From Candidatus Krumholzibacteriia bacterium (GTDB lineage: Bacteria > Krumholzibacteriota > Krumholzibacteriia > WVZY01), in contig JBHHVD010000101.1 in assembly GCA_046754105.1 (NCBI GenBank), forward strand, positions 1-10,077: DNA of 10,077 nt. The letters are read 5' to 3'. The position numbers and the translations under genes are program-made. The stretch's first letter is position 1, and every line of letters begins with the position of its first letter. Below, one piece after another: positions 6,764-10,077 of this stretch. The notes under the pieces were generated by a model, which was not told where the DNA came from, did not search any database, and saw nothing but the letters and a program-made list of their open reading frames with translations.

Positions 6764-9079
6764 ATGGCGAGCGTCATGAACCCGCTGCGAACCTATACCC
6801 GCTGGCTCCACACCCGTTGGCCCGGCGGCCACGTCGAACGGCTCCCCCTCGCGAACGACGACGGAACTACCAATGTCCCGGGTGTTTACATCGTCGGCGA
6901 CCTCCGCGGCGTCCCCCTGCTCAAGTTCTCCGCCGACGGCGGGGCGAGAGCGGTCCGGCACCTCGTTTCCGGGGGAGCTTTCGAGACCGATCGCGGCGCC
7001 AGTGCCGGGGCGAACGGAGTCCTCGACCTGGTGATCGTCGGCGCGGGCGTCTCGGGTATGGCGGCCGCCCTGGAGGCGAAGAAGTCAGGCCTCGACTTCC
7101 GGATCGTCGAATCCGCCGAGCCCTTCTCGACCGTCGTCAACTTTCCCAAGGGCAAGCCGATCTACGCCTATCCCAAGGATATGACGCCGTGCGGTGATCT
7201 GCAGGTAACGGCCGAAATCAAGGAAGCGCTGGTAGACGAGTTGACGGCGCAGACGATCGACCGGGGAATTGCGCCCCTCGCCGCACACGCCGAATACGTG
7301 CGCCGGCACCAGAAGCACCTCGAGGTGGTCCTTTCCGGCACGGACAACCTCCGCTGCCGGCGGGTGATCTGCGCGCTGGGACGGAGCGGAAACTTCAACC
7401 GGCTCGGCGTGCGGGGCGAGGGGCTCGACAAAGTGTACAACCGTCTCCACGACCCCAAGGATTTCTGCGGCAAGGACATCCTGGTCGTGGGTGGCGGGGA
7501 CAGCGCTCTGGAAACGGCGATCGCGCTGGCACAGTGCGGGTCCAAGGTAACGATCTCGTACCGCAAGCCGGTGTTCGCGCGGCCGAAACCGGAGAATCTC
7601 GAGATGATCGAGCGCCTGCGGCGCGATCCGGGCGCCGAAGTCGCCGTCGAGAACCCGACGAGCGAGCGTGTGACTACGGCGGCGGGTGGGTTCCTGGGGG
7701 CGCACCGCCAGGAGGGCCGCGTAACGCTTCTCATGAGCAGCACGGTCCGGGAGATTCGCGAGCGCGAGGTCGAGATCGCCTTCGCCGACGGCCGCAGCGA
7801 GTCGGTGCCCAACGAGGTGGTGTTCGCCATGCTCGGCCGGGAGGCGCCGCTAGAGTTTTTTCGCCGGAGCGGGGTTCGCATCGCCGGCGAATGGACGCGC
7901 CGGGCCGCGCTGGGATTCGCCGGCTTTCTCCTGTTCTGCGTCGCCCTCTACAACTGGAAGTCCGGCGGTGCGCTCAGCAGCCTCTTCTACGCGAGAAACT
8001 GGTTTCCCGTGTCCCTGAGCACGACGTTCGCTTCGGCCGTCGCCAATCCGAAATCATTTCTCGGGACCGTGGCCATATCGGCGTCCGGGCCGTCGTTCTG
8101 GTACACGCTCGCCTACTGCGTTCTGGTGGTGCTCTTCGGCATCCGGCGTATCCGGAGGCGGAAGACACCCTATGTCCGGGTGCAGACGCTCGCCCTGATG
8201 GCGATCCAGGTACTTCCGCTGTTTCTGCTGCCGGAAATCATCCTGCCGCTCCTGGACAAGCACGGGCTCCTGTGGCGGCCGCTGGCCGACGGCTTGTTTC
8301 CGGTTGTCGATTACGGTCACGGTCGTGAATTCTGGCGCGCGTACGGGCTCATCCTGGCCTGGCCGTTGAACGTATATAACGTGTTTACCCACTCGCCGCT
8401 GGCCTGGTGGCTGGTCATCGCCTTCGTGCAGACGTTCGTGATTATACCCGCCATGATTTACTTTTGGGGAAAAGGCGCATACTGCGGGTGGATATGCTCG
8501 TGTGGAGCGCTGGCGGAGACGCTGGGTGACACCCACCGCCACAAGATGCCGCACGGGCCCCGGTGGAATCGTTTCAACATGTTCGGGCAGGCGGTGCTGC
8601 TGGTCGCCGTCCTGATCCTGCTCGTGCGCATTTACGGATGGATCTTCCCCGGAGCGGCGGTCGACGGGCTCCTGCTGGTCGCCAAGAACCAGTACAAGTG
8701 GGTCGTCGACGTTTTTCTCGCCGGCGTCGTCGGCTACGGTGCCTACTTCTGGTTCAGCGGCCGCGTGTGGTGCCGCTTCATGTGCCCGCTCGCCGCTCTG
8801 ATGCACATCTACGCGCGCTTCAGCCGCTTCCGCATCCTGGCGGACAAGAAAAAGTGTATCTCCTGCAACGTTTGCACTTCCGTGTGCCACCAGGGGATTG
8901 ATATCATGAACTTTGCCAACAAGGGCCTGCCGATGGAAGATCCCGAGTGTGTCCGCTGCTCGGCGTGCGTGCAGAGCTGCCCGACCGGCGTCCTTGCGTT
9001 CGGCCGCCTGGACGGGCACGGGCGTGTCACGCACATGGATCGACTGGCCGCCAGCCCGGTGCAGGTCCGCGAGACATAG
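6764..9079 (+). CDS. FAD/NAD(P)H-dependent oxidoreductase (TrxR/YpdA-like) fused to a NapH/CcoG-like polytopic membrane 4Fe-4S domain, ~771 aa
   Basis: TNVPGVYIVGD (aa 36-46), DLVIVGAGVSG (FAD), ILVVGGGDSA and YRK (NADPH-type), then several TM helices, CGWICSCG, CRFMCP, and two CxxCxxCxxxC ferredoxin motifs (8855-8890, 8948-8983). Start could be ATG 6764 or 6776. Confidence 0.85.
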   Translation: MASVMNPLRTYTRWLHTRWPGGHVERLPLANDDGTTNVPGVYIVGDLRGVPLLKFSADGGARAVRHLVSGGAFETDRGASAGANGVLDLVIVGAGVSGMAAALEAKKSGLDFRIVESAEPFSTVVNFPKGKPIYAYPKDMTPCGDLQVTAEIKEALVDELTAQTIDRGIAPLAAHAEYVRRHQKHLEVVLSGTDNLRCRRVICALGRSGNFNRLGVRGEGLDKVYNRLHDPKDFCGKDILVVGGGDSALETAIALAQCGSKVTISYRKPVFARPKPENLEMIERLRRDPGAEVAVENPTSERVTTAAGGFLGAHRQEGRVTLLMSSTVREIREREVEIAFADGRSESVPNEVVFAMLGREAPLEFFRRSGVRIAGEWTRRAALGFAGFLLFCVALYNWKSGGALSSLFYARNWFPVSLSTTFASAVANPKSFLGTVAISASGPSFWYTLAYCVLVVLFGIRRIRRRKTPYVRVQTLALMAIQVLPLFLLPEIILPLLDKHGLLWRPLADGLFPVVDYGHGREFWRAYGLILAWPLNVYNVFTHSPLAWWLVIAFVQTFVIIPAMIYFWGKGAYCGWICSCGALAETLGDTHRHKMPHGPRWNRFNMFGQAVLLVAVLILLVRIYGWIFPGAAVDGLLLVAKNQYKWVVDVFLAGVVGYGAYFWFSGRVWCRFMCPLAALMHIYARFSRFRILADKKKCISCNVCTSVCHQGIDIMNFANKGLPMEDPECVRCSACVQSCPTGVLAFGRLDGHGRVTHMDRLAASPVQVRET

Positions 9080-9151
9080 ATTTTTGCCGCCACGATCTGT
9101 TTTCGAAGCGTACACCGGGTGTGGACCCCGGCTCAACCTAAGGAGTAAACC

Positions 9152-9655
9152 GTGCTGCCCAAGTCCATCGAAAAGGCCATGAATCAACAGATGAACCAGG
9201 AGTTGCATTCGTCGTACGTCTACCTGTCGATGTCCGCCTACTTCGACCGTCTCAATCTGGACGGCTTCGCGCACTGGATGCGCCTGCAGGCGCAGGAAGA
9301 GCTGGGACATTCGATCAAGCTTTTTGACTACGTCCTGGAACGCGAGGGCGGCGTGGACCTTACGGAAGTCGCGGCGCCGGCGGCGGAGTGGAACTCCCCG
9401 TTGAGCGCGTGCGAGGAGGCTCTCAAACACGAAAAGGAGAACACCAAGCAGATCAATGCGCTCATGAACCTCGCTTTCGAGGAAAACGACCACGCCACGC
9501 GGGTGTTTCTGCAGTGGTTCGTCGAGGAACAGGTCGAAGAAGAGGCGAGCGCGACGCGCCTGGCGGAGAAAGTAAAGCTCATCAAGGAAGACAACGGCGC
9601 GATGTTCATTCTGGACCAGGAACTCGGCAAGCGGCAGCTCACCGGCGAGGAATAG
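9152..9655 (+). CDS. ftnA: Non-heme bacterial ferritin, 167 aa
   Basis: 'NQELHSSYVYLSMSAYF...GFAHWMRLQAQEELGH...KHE...DHATRVFLQWFVEEQVEEE' carries the ferroxidase-centre motifs. GTG start with SD AAGGAG at 9140-9145. Confidence 0.95.
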   Translation: MLPKSIEKAMNQQMNQELHSSYVYLSMSAYFDRLNLDGFAHWMRLQAQEELGHSIKLFDYVLEREGGVDLTEVAAPAAEWNSPLSACEEALKHEKENTKQINALMNLAFEENDHATRVFLQWFVEEQVEEEASATRLAEKVKLIKEDNGAMFILDQELGKRQLTGEE

Positions 9656-9705
9656 GGTCGTCCGGAACTGCCTCTGTGCCGCCCGCCCGACAAGGGCCTC
9701 CCGAA

Positions 9706-10077
9706 ATGCGCAGATTCCCCCGCACGCTCGCGTTGCTAGCCGCTGCCATCGCGGTCGGTTTCATCGTCGTCGAGATCCTGGTCAGGCTTTTTCTCCCCCA
9801 GCAACTGCACGTTTCCCGGCCGGACGTGTGGTCGCCCGCCGACGTTTTCGGCTACCGCCACCCCGCGCGCGCGGATACGCGAATCAACGAAGGAGGCGGA
9901 AAGGTCCATTTCGTCACCGACGACAACGGCTACCGAATCAACACTCTCGCCGAGGGCGCCTGTGAGCCGGAAGCACGCATCCTCATGCTGGGCGACTCGT
10001 TCCTCGAGGGGCTCAAGGTGGAGGAAGACCGGACGATTCCCGTGTACGCACGACAGTTTCTCGAAGCGCATCACGGC
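9706..10077 (+). CDS. Membrane-anchored SGNH/GDSL hydrolase-family protein, 5' partial (runs off the window)
   Basis: My translation from ATG 9706 is open to the window end (124 codons): MRRFPRTLALLAAAIAVGFIVVEILVRLFLP...FGYRHP...VTDDNGYR...RILMLGDSFLEG. N-terminal TM anchor plus SGNH block I (GDS at 9991-9999). Confidence 0.8.
   Translation, partial: MRRFPRTLALLAAAIAVGFIVVEILVRLFLPQQLHVSRPDVWSPADVFGYRHPARADTRINEGGGKVHFVTDDNGYRINTLAEGACEPEARILMLGDSFLEGLKVEEDRTIPVYARQFLEAHHG

Noticed and set aside
9080..9151. Fur box or iron-responsive element upstream of ferritin
   Set aside because: No match to the GATAAT-type Fur consensus; only a small imperfect hairpin near 9115-9131.
8054..9493. 479-aa minus-strand ORF
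   Set aside because: Antisense to the oxidoreductase and ferritin, both of which have strong motif support.
9736..10074. 112-aa minus-strand ORF in the track
   Set aside because: Shadow of the plus-strand SGNH hydrolase starting at 9706.

Overview
GC-rich bacterial chromosomal window with 8 credible CDS and no rRNA, tRNA, CRISPR or mobile element that I can recognise. Minus strand, right to left: a tight operon of OPT-family oligopeptide transporter, stand-alone PqqD/RRE-family protein and M20 (ArgE/DapE-like) metallohydrolase; then a separately promoted XRE-HTH::PTS EIIA fusion gene, preceded by three phased 14-bp repeats and followed by an intrinsic terminator; then a Wzx/MOP-family flippase with its own sigma70-like promoter. 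Plus strand: a 771-aa apparently circularly permuted TrxR/YpdA-like flavoprotein fused to a NapH/CcoG-like membrane 2x[4Fe-4S] module, a non-heme ferritin, and the 5' part of a membrane-anchored SGNH/GDSL hydrolase missing from the ORF track. The 473-bp divergent spacer (6291-6763) holds an orphan minus-strand terminator-like hairpin with G-U wobbles and a competing ~200-nt rod-like fold, a candidate sRNA or attenuator. Best leads: an RRE used for peptide uptake/catabolism without RiPP enzymes, the permuted flavo-FeS membrane oxidoreductase next to ferritin, the HTH-EIIA regulator with a candidate operator, and the spacer RNA. All calls come from reading motifs by eye; no searches were run.
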